A DNA stretch of 62,155 nt, filler included, from Globobulimina sp. (taxonomy: Eukaryota), in the NCBI GenBank assembly GCA_003354225.1. It is 21 parts of 21 records of this genome, joined end to end, with 100 filler letters (N's around TTAATTAATTAA, not from the genome) between each part and the next. Parts side by side here need not be neighbours in the genome. Positions count along the whole stretch, not along the records: positions 8,905 to 11,770 come from PIVH01004568.1; positions 11,871 to 14,736 come from PIVH01004569.1; positions 14,837 to 17,702 come from PIVH01004570.1; positions 17,803 to 20,667 come from PIVH01004571.1; 17 more parts are not named here. One strand, 5' to 3'. Shown here in pieces: positions 8,994 through 20,110 of the stretch. The translations under genes and the position numbers were made by a program. The notes beneath the pieces are model-generated. The model was not told the origin of the DNA. It made no database searches and was given only the letters and a program-made list of their open reading frames with translations. Every line of letters begins with the position of its first letter. Position 1 is the first letter of the stretch.

Positions 8994-11559
8994 ATGGTGT
9001 CCCTGTTTTAGTTTTGATATGCATTCCCATTCTTTGCGCAATTGGAAGCATTTAATTTATACACAGGCAGCCATGATGATACATTCACTATTAGCACAGC
9101 GTCATGTTGCCCATCTGGAGGAGGTGTATTTAGTAAATATAATAATGGTTCGCATGCAGATACATTCTGTCGTTGTTATGATGCTGGTTTTGTTGAACAA
9201 ACGTGCCCGTATAATGCATCAGATGCAAATGAATGGCTGTCCAGATTTGCAGGATTTAGCAGGTTCATATACAGTCAATAATGTCCGAAGATGCGCTGTA
9301 TTCAGTAGCAATGGTCAGAGTTACGTCCCTCAAAGATGTCAGAGTTTAGTTGATATATTATATGTTGCCGATTTGCGTTTATATTAATTGACCATATACA
9401 AACAACTCAGCCCGAACAATCTGTTTAAATGGAACCGGTAAATCACAATGGGATGGCACGTATTTTACAAATTCAACATCATTTTATTATGGATATCCAT
9501 TGTACCATAATTCAGACTAAAATGGTCTTACGATTCGATGGGATTATGTCGATGGGTTTGTACCACTGTGGTATTTAGTTTTGGACAATGCTTTAATTTA
9601 TGCCAGATTAAATATATTGTTTGGAGCTGTGGATGAGCAGTGGGATATTATTCTAGTTCAACAATACGCGGATGCTTTCAATCAACAAGCATGGCAAACA
9701 TGGAATTCTGGTGCTTCACAATATGAAGTTTCAACCACAACACAAGTGACAGCCGGTTCATGCACCTCTACCACGACAGACAAACCATTCACTACCACAA
9801 CAGATGAACCATTTGACGAAGCCACTCAATCAAGCAATGTGATAGATTTAGTAATTATTCTTATAGTACTTGTGATTATCATGGTTATCATTTGTTTATT
9901 GGCTCGACATAATCGACAGATTCTCAAAAAATGTAAAGACTATCAATCTGGCATTGAAGCACAAGCGAACATACAAAATAACTTAAATAAAAATCAAGAA
10001 AGTCAGAGAAATGAAACTAAAATGGATAATGTTGAAATCACGACTCAAAAATCAATGATTGAACCCAATGTATGTTGTTGACAGTAAGTTGCAAAGTATT
10101 TTATTTTATATTAAATTATAATATGTAGCCAATTTCAAAGTTATTAGATATTATAAAAGAACATCAAAAGTTCATGAAGCACCAAGAACAGTCAGTAACT
10201 GCAATAATAAATGAGAATATGTTGGAGAGCGCAAAAAACAGAGCAATAGAAACTCAAAAGGAATTATTAAACGCCATAATGAATATTAATGCAATGAGCC
10301 AATTTTTATCGAATATTATTTTAATCGAAAATTTATTCAATTTAAAGTATGCAGACAGTAAATTGGAGCAAGAAAGAGCGAGGAAACAGTATGCAAACAA
10401 TATTGATATTTATGAGAATAAACCAAAGCCTATCTGTGATTGTTCTAGTTTTGTTGAATTACTTTCCCTGTAGATTGGTTTGAAAGGATTGGTTTTGAGA
10501 TTTTGTATAATGGTTTGGATTGTTTTTATTTTAAACGCGTATAATTTGGCGTTTGTATGGGTTTGTGTGAGTATGCATAAGGGTGGATTTTATTTCAGAC
10601 GGTTACTGTTGAGAGTACTTTTAAAAATCTGAAAATCTCAAAACTGAACCCTTTGAACCAATCTACAGGGAAAGTATTATTTGCTGCCAAAACAGATATC
10701 GGTTCGTTTAAAAAATGGTTGATAAATTTAGAGAAAACATGCAAAGAAAGAGACATTGCCATCAAAGCGAGTTCAGGAGCGAAAGAAAAAAATATTGAAA
10801 GAGCATTTTATAAATCTTTTTATGTTTACGCTGTAAATCATGGCGATAACGGACATAAACAAATGAGCGATGTTCTCCGTTGTTCGTAGCTTTTGATGAT
10901 TTTGCTGCTTTATATCGATGTTTCACAGTCATTGAGGAATTGAGTAAACCCAATGGTGGTATTTTGCGATGTAAAGACAGATTCCAACCCAAGAAAATGC
11001 CATTTGGTTATAGGGATTTATTGATGTTATGTTCCATCTCTTTTGTCTGTAAATAATAAATTTTTGAATAAAAATATATACGGTACATAGTAACATTAAA
11101 TGTCCACGATCTGATATTATAGTTTGCGAGATTCAGCTCCATCACAATATATTCTATCAATATAAGAAAATCAGCCATACCATGTACAAAAAAGGTATAC
11201 TAACTATATTGTATAAATATTATATTTGTTGTTTCTGAATGTATCTGAAATAAACAATTAAAGCTCGTTTATTTGAAGAGGGTGGTAACAATTTGGCGTA
11301 TGATTATGCTGATGAATATACGCGGTGTCATGTTGGAGATAAAGTATATCACATTGTCTCTGAGGGTAAGGAGCCGGAACAACTCCTAAAGGAATGGGGT
11401 TTGGCTGAATATGCTGAGGCATTAAGTGAAGATGGATACGATGATGTTGAGGATTGGATGGGTTTATCTGTGGAGGAGTTGCAAGCAATCGGTTTCAGAA
11501 CTGGCCATGCAAAAAAATTGAAGAGAGAATTATATAAATTTCAAAATGTTTATGAGTGA
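8994..11559 (+). pseudogene. Single-pass receptor-like gene: Cys-rich ectodomain, TM, RelA/SpoT-like nucleotidyltransferase and SAM domain (frameshifted copy)
   Basis: GT-AG introns at 9314 (or 9338)-9410, 10070-10128, 10539-10598, 11026-11090 and 11195-11263. TM helix LVIILIVLVIIMVIICLLA. Synthetase-like motifs KNIERAFYK, DVLRCS, KDRF, GYRDLLIN, CEIQLHH and SHTMYKKAR. SAM motifs LKEWGLAEYAEALSEDGYD and IGFRTGHAKKL. Lesions: 1-nt indels near 9009, 9043, 9225, 10457 and 10887, and a TAA at 9518. Confidence 0.75.
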
Positions 11560-11967
11560 ATTAAAGATTTATGCACACAATACACAATGACACATAAAAT
11601 TGATTTTAATTGAAACAGCTTTCTTACAATACGTGCAGTTAAGAAATGTAGGACGAGAAAGACGAGAAAGATGAGAAAGATGAAAAAATTCAGATGAGAA
11701 AAAGATGAGAAAGACACCAACATTGAAAACATCGTGGATACGCACCACTGCAGCACCACATGGATGACTANNNNNNNNNNNNNNNNNNNNNNNNNNNNNN
11801 NNNNNNNNNNNNNNTTAATTAATTAANNNNNNNNNNNNNNNNNNNNNNNNNNNNNNNNNNNNNNNNNNNNAAAAAAAAAAACAAATTAATTGAAAATAAA
11901 AAATTACAAAATTGCAAAACAATTAATGAAAATAAGAATGTAGTCATTCATTCATATATATATTAGA

Positions 11968-14736
11968 TTACATATTACTATCTTGATCTTGTGCTTCTCT
12001 GTCATTTCGTTCTTGATAATATCTGGCAGAATGATAATAGGCATAACCAGCTTGATTTAACATAATTCCTTTCGGAAATTTATCCACTATTTCTTCATCC
12101 ACATCAGCTGCATACTGTAAGTAAAAAAATAGTGTTGGCACACTTGCATCTTTGGCTAATTCAGTGCGACAATTATTGTCTAAAAATCTTCTAAACGCAG
12201 ACAAAAATAACCATAATTGATCCATCTCATGTCTCGTAATAAATTGTTGTAAATTTGTTTTCAACCCTTCATTATTAATGGGAGTCTTATACAATTCCAT
12301 GGTGGTTTGTGGTATTTCATGCCACGTTCCCTCCTCAATCAAATACAACCTCTCCAAATATCTCCATATATTCTCCAAATGTTTCAACGATAATTGCGTA
12401 CGAATAAAGGGAGCATATTCCTGCGGATATAAATGCAAATTATCCTTCATATACGTGCCCAACGAGAACATTTCCGATGGTAAATTTACTTGTCGTTCCA
12501 GCGCAATCAACGTCTGTTCCACAGCTTGCAATGCATTGTTATACGCATCCAATGTCCGCTGTTTCTGCTGTTGAGTCCGCTCCCTCTCATCATCGCCATC
12601 CTCCTCTTGCTTCCTATCATAGCCACCTCCATCCTCCTCGCCAATATTGTCATTATTCAATGCCGCTCTTTGCTGTATATTCAACTTAACAATGGCTAAT
12701 AAACTCATTGGTGCTTTATCAAAATACTTCATTTTCTTGATCTTTTCATACTGCATATTCACTTTCGAGATCACCTGCGGAATATTAAACTGCCCCGCAA
12801 ACTCAAACTCGATCGGCGAGTCAATCACAAACTTGCGCCCTGTGATATATCTCTCCCTTAACCGCGTCTCCAACAAACGCAAGTTCAGCGTATACGGCGA
12901 AGCTTCGCCATACTTCAATTTCTGCTGCGTACATTCTTGGATAATTTCGCGAAACTCCTCCTCGTCAATGTCAACCACATCACTGGGCCGCGATATATGC
13001 GTCGAATCCAAACCTGGCTGCAAGCCAACAGTGCTGCCGTCATCATAGTCGTCCGCATCGTCCACATTCTCGCGCAATTGGTAGCATTCCCGCAATGTCT
13101 TGTTATTGGTAGTAATGTAATGATGGATCATCTTCCGAATCATTATCGACGTATCCAATTTGCCGTTGAGGCCAGTATCCATGCCATAGATCAACGGGAC
13201 ATCCACAGGGATGATCTTCCTCTTTTTCGTGGATTTCGCCACAATGGTTTTGTACGGTATTGGCTGGCAGACCTTTTTAATCTCAATAAACCTTTTAAAC
13301 TGATTTTTTCGCGCGATTCTAATTTGTTGCTCATCGTCATCATCATCCACATCGTTATTTACTTTCTTTTCATCGTCATTATTGGCGTCGGGGATGTTGA
13401 TTTTGATGCCTTTGTCCACAGTCACTGTCCCAACAGCGGCACCGCCCAACTTTTCGCCCACAGTGACCCGCGCCGCTAAATGGTTCCATCCTGACACGAA
13501 GCCGTTAAACGCATCGATCCACACTTTGGTATCACCCCAACCTTCGTTCTTACACTTTTCCATCACCCATTTACAGGAATATTTGTCCGGATCAGCCAGC
13601 ACGTCGTCTAAATTCAGCCGTTGATTCAACCGCAATTTGAGCAACTTCATCCATGTTATCATCGATGGCAAATATTTCAACGCAAACACACTGTATCCAG
13701 CTGCCTCGTCAATGGTATTCAATATGCCCCACGTCACGGGATACTTGAGTCGATTTTCTTTATTTTCCTTCAATTTCTCTTTAAAAGTCGACAAAGTTAA
13801 CACACGAAATGGTAAAAATATATTTGGTAAGTAGTTTTTGAAAAATTCGCGTCCCTCATCCGAGTTTCGATCGATTTGCTCACTAAATCGTTGATTCCAT
13901 TTCAACACAACCCGCGATTTGGATACTTTCTCGCGTACAGCACCAACCACTCTGCGTACATTGGTCGTACATGGCTTTATACATTCTTTCACCAAGAAAT
14001 CCTCAAATAACTTGCGTTGATTTGAATCCTGCAATTCCGGGCATCCTTTGTCTCCATACTTTGCTGGGAAGGCGATATACAAATTGTGTATGATTTGATG
14101 CATTAAATACACCACACTCTCAAAGGACAAATTTAATTTGGTCGCCAGCGACCGGATGCATTTCGTCATCAATTGCTTCAACCTTTTGGTCACATCTTCT
14201 TTTCGAATCAATGTAAATGTATCCGCACAGCTGGTCTGGATCTCCGATGCATGGATAAATAGAATCGCATTATTCATCCATCGCACGATCCGGACTTCCA
14301 ACTCATTCAAGCCACGCACCACATCATCACTGCCTTCAATCAACACATAGCCTCTCGGCGCCAGTTTCTCTGAGTTATATTCCGCCATTCCTTCCGTAGC
14401 TCCACTGTACGGGTTATCCGGTACAATCTTACCGTTTTTATCAATTTTGCCAATGCGTTTATTGCCGGGAGCAGCGGTATGCGACTTGGCACCGATTTTA
14501 TTCCCGATGGGAGCGCCGCATTGTTGACACTTACCACTCCCATTGGTCGCAGTACAATTACCCACAAAATAAACGTGGTCGTTAGGACAGAGCCATACGC
14601 CGTGGCCGGCCATTACTTTTAACAGAGCAGCGGACGAATCCTCCGGCATTCCGGGCAAATATTCTTTCTTCATTTCCAATGTATGGTGGAATAACTTACT
14701 AAATGGATTGGCCGGCAATGATATCACCACCGATAC
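11968..14736 (-). CDS. RNF213 (mysterin)-like C-terminal region with an RZ-type zinc finger, 5' partial
   Basis: The motif WLCPNDHVYFVGNC...GKCQQCGAPIG...H...GN matches the RZ finger of RNF213/ZNFX1. It is followed by about 800 aa of helical sequence including ALKYLPSMITW and FVSGWN, as expected for an RNF213-type C-terminal domain. Confidence 0.75.
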   Translation of the reverse strand, partial: VSVVISLPANPFSKLFHHTLEMKKEYLPGMPEDSSAALLKVMAGHGVWLCPNDHVYFVGNCTATNGSGKCQQCGAPIGNKIGAKSHTAAPGNKRIGKIDKNGKIVPDNPYSGATEGMAEYNSEKLAPRGYVLIEGSDDVVRGLNELEVRIVRWMNNAILFIHASEIQTSCADTFTLIRKEDVTKRLKQLMTKCIRSLATKLNLSFESVVYLMHQIIHNLYIAFPAKYGDKGCPELQDSNQRKLFEDFLVKECIKPCTTNVRRVVGAVREKVSKSRVVLKWNQRFSEQIDRNSDEGREFFKNYLPNIFLPFRVLTLSTFKEKLKENKENRLKYPVTWGILNTIDEAAGYSVFALKYLPSMITWMKLLKLRLNQRLNLDDVLADPDKYSCKWVMEKCKNEGWGDTKVWIDAFNGFVSGWNHLAARVTVGEKLGGAAVGTVTVDKGIKINIPDANNDDEKKVNNDVDDDDDEQQIRIARKNQFKRFIEIKKVCQPIPYKTIVAKSTKKRKIIPVDVPLIYGMDTGLNGKLDTSIMIRKMIHHYITTNNKTLRECYQLRENVDDADDYDDGSTVGLQPGLDSTHISRPSDVVDIDEEEFREIIQECTQQKLKYGEASPYTLNLRLLETRLRERYITGRKFVIDSPIEFEFAGQFNIPQVISKVNMQYEKIKKMKYFDKAPMSLLAIVKLNIQQRAALNNDNIGEEDGGGYDRKQEEDGDDERERTQQQKQRTLDAYNNALQAVEQTLIALERQVNLPSEMFSLGTYMKDNLHLYPQEYAPFIRTQLSLKHLENIWRYLERLYLIEEGTWHEIPQTTMELYKTPINNEGLKTNLQQFITRHEMDQLWLFLSAFRRFLDNNCRTELAKDASVPTLFFYLQYAADVDEEIVDKFPKGIMLNQAGYAYYHSARYYQERNDREAQDQDSNM

Positions 14737-14836
14737 NNNNNNNNNNNNNNNNNNNNNNNNNNNNNNNNNNNNNNNNNNNNTTAATTAATTAANNNNNNNN
14801 NNNNNNNNNNNNNNNNNNNNNNNNNNNNNNNNNNNN

Positions 14837-16241
14837 AGTATAATTGCAAAATAGCAGTACTAATCTTTCCCATACTACAAGAGAGTTGTTTAGCGCGCGC
14901 GTCAAAGCCTAGCAACCAAATGTCGTTGAATGTAAACGAATGCATATATAATGCCAATTTATCTTCGGCAGACACTCGGTCGTCTCGAGCTCGCTGTAAC
15001 AGTGTGTATGGCAATAAATTAGTTTTCTTTTCCAATAATGGCAATAAATTAGTTTTGTTGCAAAGGATAAAATATTGCAAGAGTTGTTGAGTGTAATTAT
15101 TTGATATCAGTAACTCTCGTCCGTCTCGAGCATTTAATGCAGCTTCAATGAGAATATCCAATTCCAGCCGACGAATATGCACTTTTTGATCTGCTGTTAA
15201 GCCAATACCATAAGCACACATGTTTTGTAATTTGTGAAGCTCTGATAAATTATTATAACATCCTCTGAACATAATTTCAATTGTTTCTGAATTATAATAT
15301 TTGTGTTCCAAAACTACTTGAAAATAATACATTGCACTTTGTATTCTCTCATTATTAACGGCCGCATTTATAAATGAGTTGATTACCATAACATTGCTAA
15401 ACTGAGCATCATCAATTATAGGACCTGTATGCTTAATTTGTAATTTATACCATGATTCAAAATAAATTTGCTTACTGTCATAACCGATTGTTTTCATATT
15501 TAAAATAAAATAAAAATCACGCTGTCTTGGAATAAATTTGTTTTCACCTAAAAAAGTGTCAAAGTTTCTGAGAAATACCGCATGTTCCGCGCCTGAATCA
15601 GGATATAAATCGTCCAAAGTGAATGTATCTAAAAATGCAGCAATAAGCGAATTTAAATTAATTGCAAACAATTGATGAGTTTGCAGATGCTTTATGTGTG
15701 GAAGTATGTACGTTTGCCACAGAGGAACTAGTTTGTTTTTGCATTCTTGTTCATGTTGTCTCTGAATAATATCTTTGTACATTTCAGCAACGATCATCAC
15801 ATTATTGTGATTATTAATGATATCTGCTGATATGCGAATTCGTTCTTGCATCCAATGTACAAAAATGCCGTACTTTAACAGATTCGGTTGATATTGACCA
15901 GATTCGTTGTGTTGTTGAATAAGTTCTAAGTAATTCACATCCTGTGATGCATGATATTGTTTTTGGATCAACAATGATGTGGCTAAATTCTGAGAATTTG
16001 GATTCTCATTCAATAAAAATAACAGATATGTATCCATCAGATCTGATTCCCACTCGAATAAATCGTAGTATTGCAACCGTTGATTAATTAAATCATCAAA
16101 TACATGCATTGCATTAATTAAATCATCAAATGCAACCGGATTCTGGTGCATTGCATTAACAACAAGACTCAGCAAAATGTTTATCAATGTCATAACCGAC
16201 AACATTGTTTGTTTGGTTGGTCTTATCAGTGCTTCAGTCAA
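14837..16241 (-). CDS. Hypothetical protein with a probable signal peptide, 3' partial
   Basis: Hydrophobic N-terminus (MLSVMTLINILLSLVVNA) and short internal duplications (FDDLIN x2, KTNLLP x2). Confidence 0.6.
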
Positions 16242-16295
16242 CTAGAAAATTGAAAACATCAAAACATCTTCCTCATCTAAGGCTGTATTCAGATT

Positions 16296-17687
16296 TCACC
16301 TGTTTAGGTGTCGTAATGTTTTGCATATTGTCTTATGGACTTTCCAATGATCTTTCTGATGTCTTACAGCACAATAATATGCTTTATGACATTTTGAACA
16401 TCTAAGTTTTATTTCTTCTTTTTGACAAATTGCACAAACATTGCAACCATATTCAAATAAAACATTTGTTTGAATACAAATGCTCTCACTTTGCAACATC
16501 AACTCTTTTAAATAGTCGATACGCTGATGTTCATCTTTTGGGTATAAAATATATGCCAATTTTATTGCACATCGAACATGTTTCCTATATATGTTAAAAC
16601 ATTGAATATCTTCAATATCTCCTTTCAAATATTCAATAATTTCCATTTCATTCTCCAACAACCTCATATTTGGTTGTTTTATCAACTGTTTCATTAAAAC
16701 ATTTCTATTCAATAATATTGCTAAAATATCCTGTTTATCGCTGCAAAGCGCAGCCAACGGATATGATAATTCTAAAAATAAATAATGCGATGAATGTAAG
16801 CCTGAATCGTCCAATTCGAATATTACTTTTTTAATTAATTCCAATTGTTGATCATCAGCTCCATAATTTGATAAATCGCAATCATTGATATCTTTCCATA
16901 TTTTAGATTTAATAAAAGTTTGTTCCGATAATATCTTAGCATCCATTGTGTTTTTAATATCATCCATTCGAACGCAATAATATCCACTCTCATTATTATT
17001 ACATTTAAATCTGCGGACATCATCGATATTATTTTTACATCGCAAACATTTACAAATAAAATTCCATCCGTTTTTCAGGTACAATTGGCGATATATTCTG
17101 TCTCTGAAAGTATGCGTATAACTAAAATATGATATAAATATCTCCTCATTTTTATCAATGGTCTGTACTGCTTTCAACACAATTTTAATTTTTTTATCTT
17201 TCCGAATGGTACACCATTCCGCATTGGGTAAACAGGAGTGATTTATATGAGATACTGTATGAAATAAACCAGAACCAATAACTATATCTTGTTGGTTATG
17301 ATTTTGAATTCTTATTTTTAACCCATTCACAAATAAAATGGTGACAATGTTGATTAATAATTGTAATGAAAATGTATCTGAATTAACATTTAATTTTGAT
17401 TGATGTTGTTCTATTAATAATTGTGCCTTATCAGCAAAGAAAGATTCGTCGTTTGGACAATATAAAGTGTTGATTAATTCGATGATATCATTTGGTTTTG
17501 ATTCAATTATTTTTGATAAATGTTTTAAATCAAACGATTGTTTATCTGATGAATAATTGCAAATAAACAATGGTAATTCCGTAAGGATTACATCGCCAAT
17601 GTTGAATGTAGTGGTTGCAAATAGGCCTTTATTGTGAATGGATGAGTTACCAATTTTCACGTGACAATCCTTTGGTGAAGACATCAT
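16296..17687 (-). CDS. SET-domain lysine methyltransferase with C-terminal MYND finger (SMYD-like)
   Basis: Motifs KGLFAT, INHSCLPNA, EEIFISY, post-SET FICKCLRC, and MYND CAIC...CSKCHKAYYCAVRHQKDHWKVHKTIC. Confidence 0.9.
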   Translation of the reverse strand: MMSSPKDCHVKIGNSSIHNKGLFATTTFNIGDVILTELPLFICNYSSDKQSFDLKHLSKIIESKPNDIIELINTLYCPNDESFFADKAQLLIEQHQSKLNVNSDTFSLQLLINIVTILFVNGLKIRIQNHNQQDIVIGSGLFHTVSHINHSCLPNAEWCTIRKDKKIKIVLKAVQTIDKNEEIFISYFSYTHTFRDRIYRQLYLKNGWNFICKCLRCKNNIDDVRRFKCNNNESGYYCVRMDDIKNTMDAKILSEQTFIKSKIWKDINDCDLSNYGADDQQLELIKKVIFELDDSGLHSSHYLFLELSYPLAALCSDKQDILAILLNRNVLMKQLIKQPNMRLLENEMEIIEYLKGDIEDIQCFNIYRKHVRCAIKLAYILYPKDEHQRIDYLKELMLQSESICIQTNVLFEYGCNVCAICQKEEIKLRCSKCHKAYYCAVRHQKDHWKVHKTICKTLRHLNR

Positions 17688-18126
17688 AAATTCATAATAC
17701 TCNNNNNNNNNNNNNNNNNNNNNNNNNNNNNNNNNNNNNNNNNNNNTTAATTAATTAANNNNNNNNNNNNNNNNNNNNNNNNNNNNNNNNNNNNNNNNNN
17801 NNTAAAAAAAAAAATTAAGAGCTTTTCCGTTGAGGAAACAGAGTTTACTCAATTTTTAAACGATCCAAAGTTCGAAACCTGCAAAATATGTAATAAAACA
17901 GCAAAAAAATATGTTGTGAACGTTGATTTTGACTAAAATTAAAACTGTTACTTATATATTTTAGAATAGTTCATTTACTCTCCGCGCGAAATACAATATT
18001 GTACCGAATGCGTCTAATTGGATCAAATCCGCCCATTGATTAACTTGTTAACTTGTTAATTGTTGTACGAAAACTTAAAGTTAGTAAGTTTAGAGTTTGA
18101 TTAAAATGAGCGGGCTCTTCTGAACA

Positions 18127-19281
18127 ATGACTTCAAACTCGTCGCATTCTAATTTTGTGTTTGAAAACATATTTCAATTATATAACAGGATCCAAAATAT
18201 GCTGTATTTCGACTCTACTTTGATGCATATCATTGATCTTCGCGATAAAGACTACTTCGCAACATCACATATCAAAAATGCAATAAATATTCCAATGACA
18301 GGCAATGATGCAGCAAATAAACAAAACATCATCTCCTCACTCAAACAGATAGTCAATGAAAAGCAACAAATCAGCGATTATGATACGAAAATAAATATAA
18401 ATCCATGCAACAATGCCTGGGATGACACTGAAAAGAAAATTGATATAAATTGTGATGAGGTTTTTGATGAAGACCAAGAATATTTTTATATTTATCATGA
18501 TCATGGAAAAAAGGAGAATGATAATAAACAAATATTTGAATTTATACAGTTAATATACACTGTGATCACTGAACAATATAACAATAAAACTCAATTGTTA
18601 GTTCGCATTTTATCCGCACCATTTCAGCAATATTAATTTTATGCTATTTATCCATTTTTATGCAGTACATCAAATTCAAAAACACAAAATGAAATATTGT
18701 CGTATCCAAATTGCATATTGGAGGGTCATTTATATTTAGGCGGTGGTGGACATGCATCAAACTATAAAATATTTAGTGATTTGAAAATAACGCATTGTAT
18801 TAATGTGACAAAACATGTCCAATGTTATTTTGAAGGCAAAACTCCAGAAATCAAATATTTGAATTTAAAAATCGACGATATGCACTATGAAAGGATTGAT
18901 AAATATTTCGAGATTGCTCACAGATTTATCAACAATGCGTTGTATGACATTGATGCAGAATTTGTGGACAGTAATCCATTTGTTATGGAGCGGCATAAAA
19001 GAGTGGCAATCAAAGGCCGTGTATGTTTTGTGCATTGTCAAGGAGGAGTCAGTCGAAGTGCATCCATTGTGATTAGCTATTTGATGAAAACAAAAAACAT
19101 GAAAATGATGGATGCCATGGATTATGTTTCTCATCGACGACCTGTTATATCTCCGAATTCTGGATTTACAAAACAATTGAAATCATATGAAATACAATTA
19201 TTTGGAGATCCCAACAGCCATTATTTGCTGGGCAATAACTATGCGACGTCGACTCGCAAAAAGGAATGTGTGATAACTTAA
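18127..19281 (+). pseudogene. Rhodanese-like plus dual-specificity phosphatase (MKP-like) gene with one in-frame TAA
   Basis: Rhodanese motifs IIDLR...SHIKNAINI and YPFLC; DSP motifs LYLGG, HCQGGVSRS and SPNSGF. Both listed ORFs share one frame, separated only by the TAA at 18634-18636. Confidence 0.85.
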
Positions 19282-19686
19282 GTTTCAAAGTGTTTTTGTG
19301 CTACGAAAAATGTTGAGTTTGACAACAGAAAACCATCGATTACATGTTCGTAAAATACTTAATGATATTGTTGCATAAATGAATGAATCGTTTTTGTATA
19401 ATCCATATTGTAAAGAAGTATTGTTTCGGATCGAGAGCTCACATTTATCGCAGATATTGAACATTATCAAAAAGAAGGATGGAATACCAATTGTTATTGT
19501 AATCACGTATATGACCCAAATTGTGATTTTCTCGACAAAATATCCATTCTCGACGAAATTTCAAAGCATTTTTGTGTTGTGTTAATATGATATGCAAATT
19601 GTTTGTGCAAGGATAACATTTTCTAATTTTATAATTTTGATGTAACAGTGGCATTTTTCAACTTAAACATTCAAAAATAACTGCAA

Positions 19687-19895
19687 TTAACTTTTTTGGC
19701 TTAGTTTCGTTTCATTTCATTTCATCGATTGGCAAAGTTTTTGGGTTGGCTAGAGTTTTTTTCAACTTTGAATACTAGGATTACTAGGTCATCGAATACT
19801 AGGTCAACTTCGAATACTAGGTTGAAAACCACTCTAGCTAACCCAAAAACTTTGCCAATCGATGAAATGAAACGAAACTAAGCCAAAAAGGTTAA
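19687..19895. mobile_element. piggyBac-type MITE with TTAA flanks and long terminal inverted repeats
   Basis: TTAA-CTTTTTTGGCTTAGTTTCG...CGAAACTAAGCCAAAAAGG-TTAA, with near-perfect inverted arms of roughly 70 bp. The core has four TACTAGG repeats and no ORF. Confidence 0.75.
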
Positions 19896-20070
19896 ATGAA
19901 TCTTTTTTTATCGCAAATTTCCTACATTCATCGATTAACACATCTTTTAAATATTTGACTTTTTGCTTCCTGTGAAATGTTCGATGGTTATAACGATTTT
20001 ACAGTTTTACTGTTACCGTTTTCGCAGACTGACTTGCTTTTAACAGTTTAATTTAACAGAGCTGGTACAT

Positions 20071-20110
20071 CTTTTAGCCATCGCGCTTTTAGCCATCGCG
20101 CTTTTAGCCA
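20071..20110. repeat. 15-bp tandem repeat (CTTTTAGCCATCGCG), about 2.7 copies
   Basis: Read directly from the sequence. Confidence 0.9.

Noticed and set aside
12278-14350. Many + strand ORFs opposite the RNF213-like gene (also those opposite 20768-23443, 29661-31780, 33474-34706 and 50405-51431)
   Set aside because: Antisense shadows of long coding frames with no recognisable motifs.
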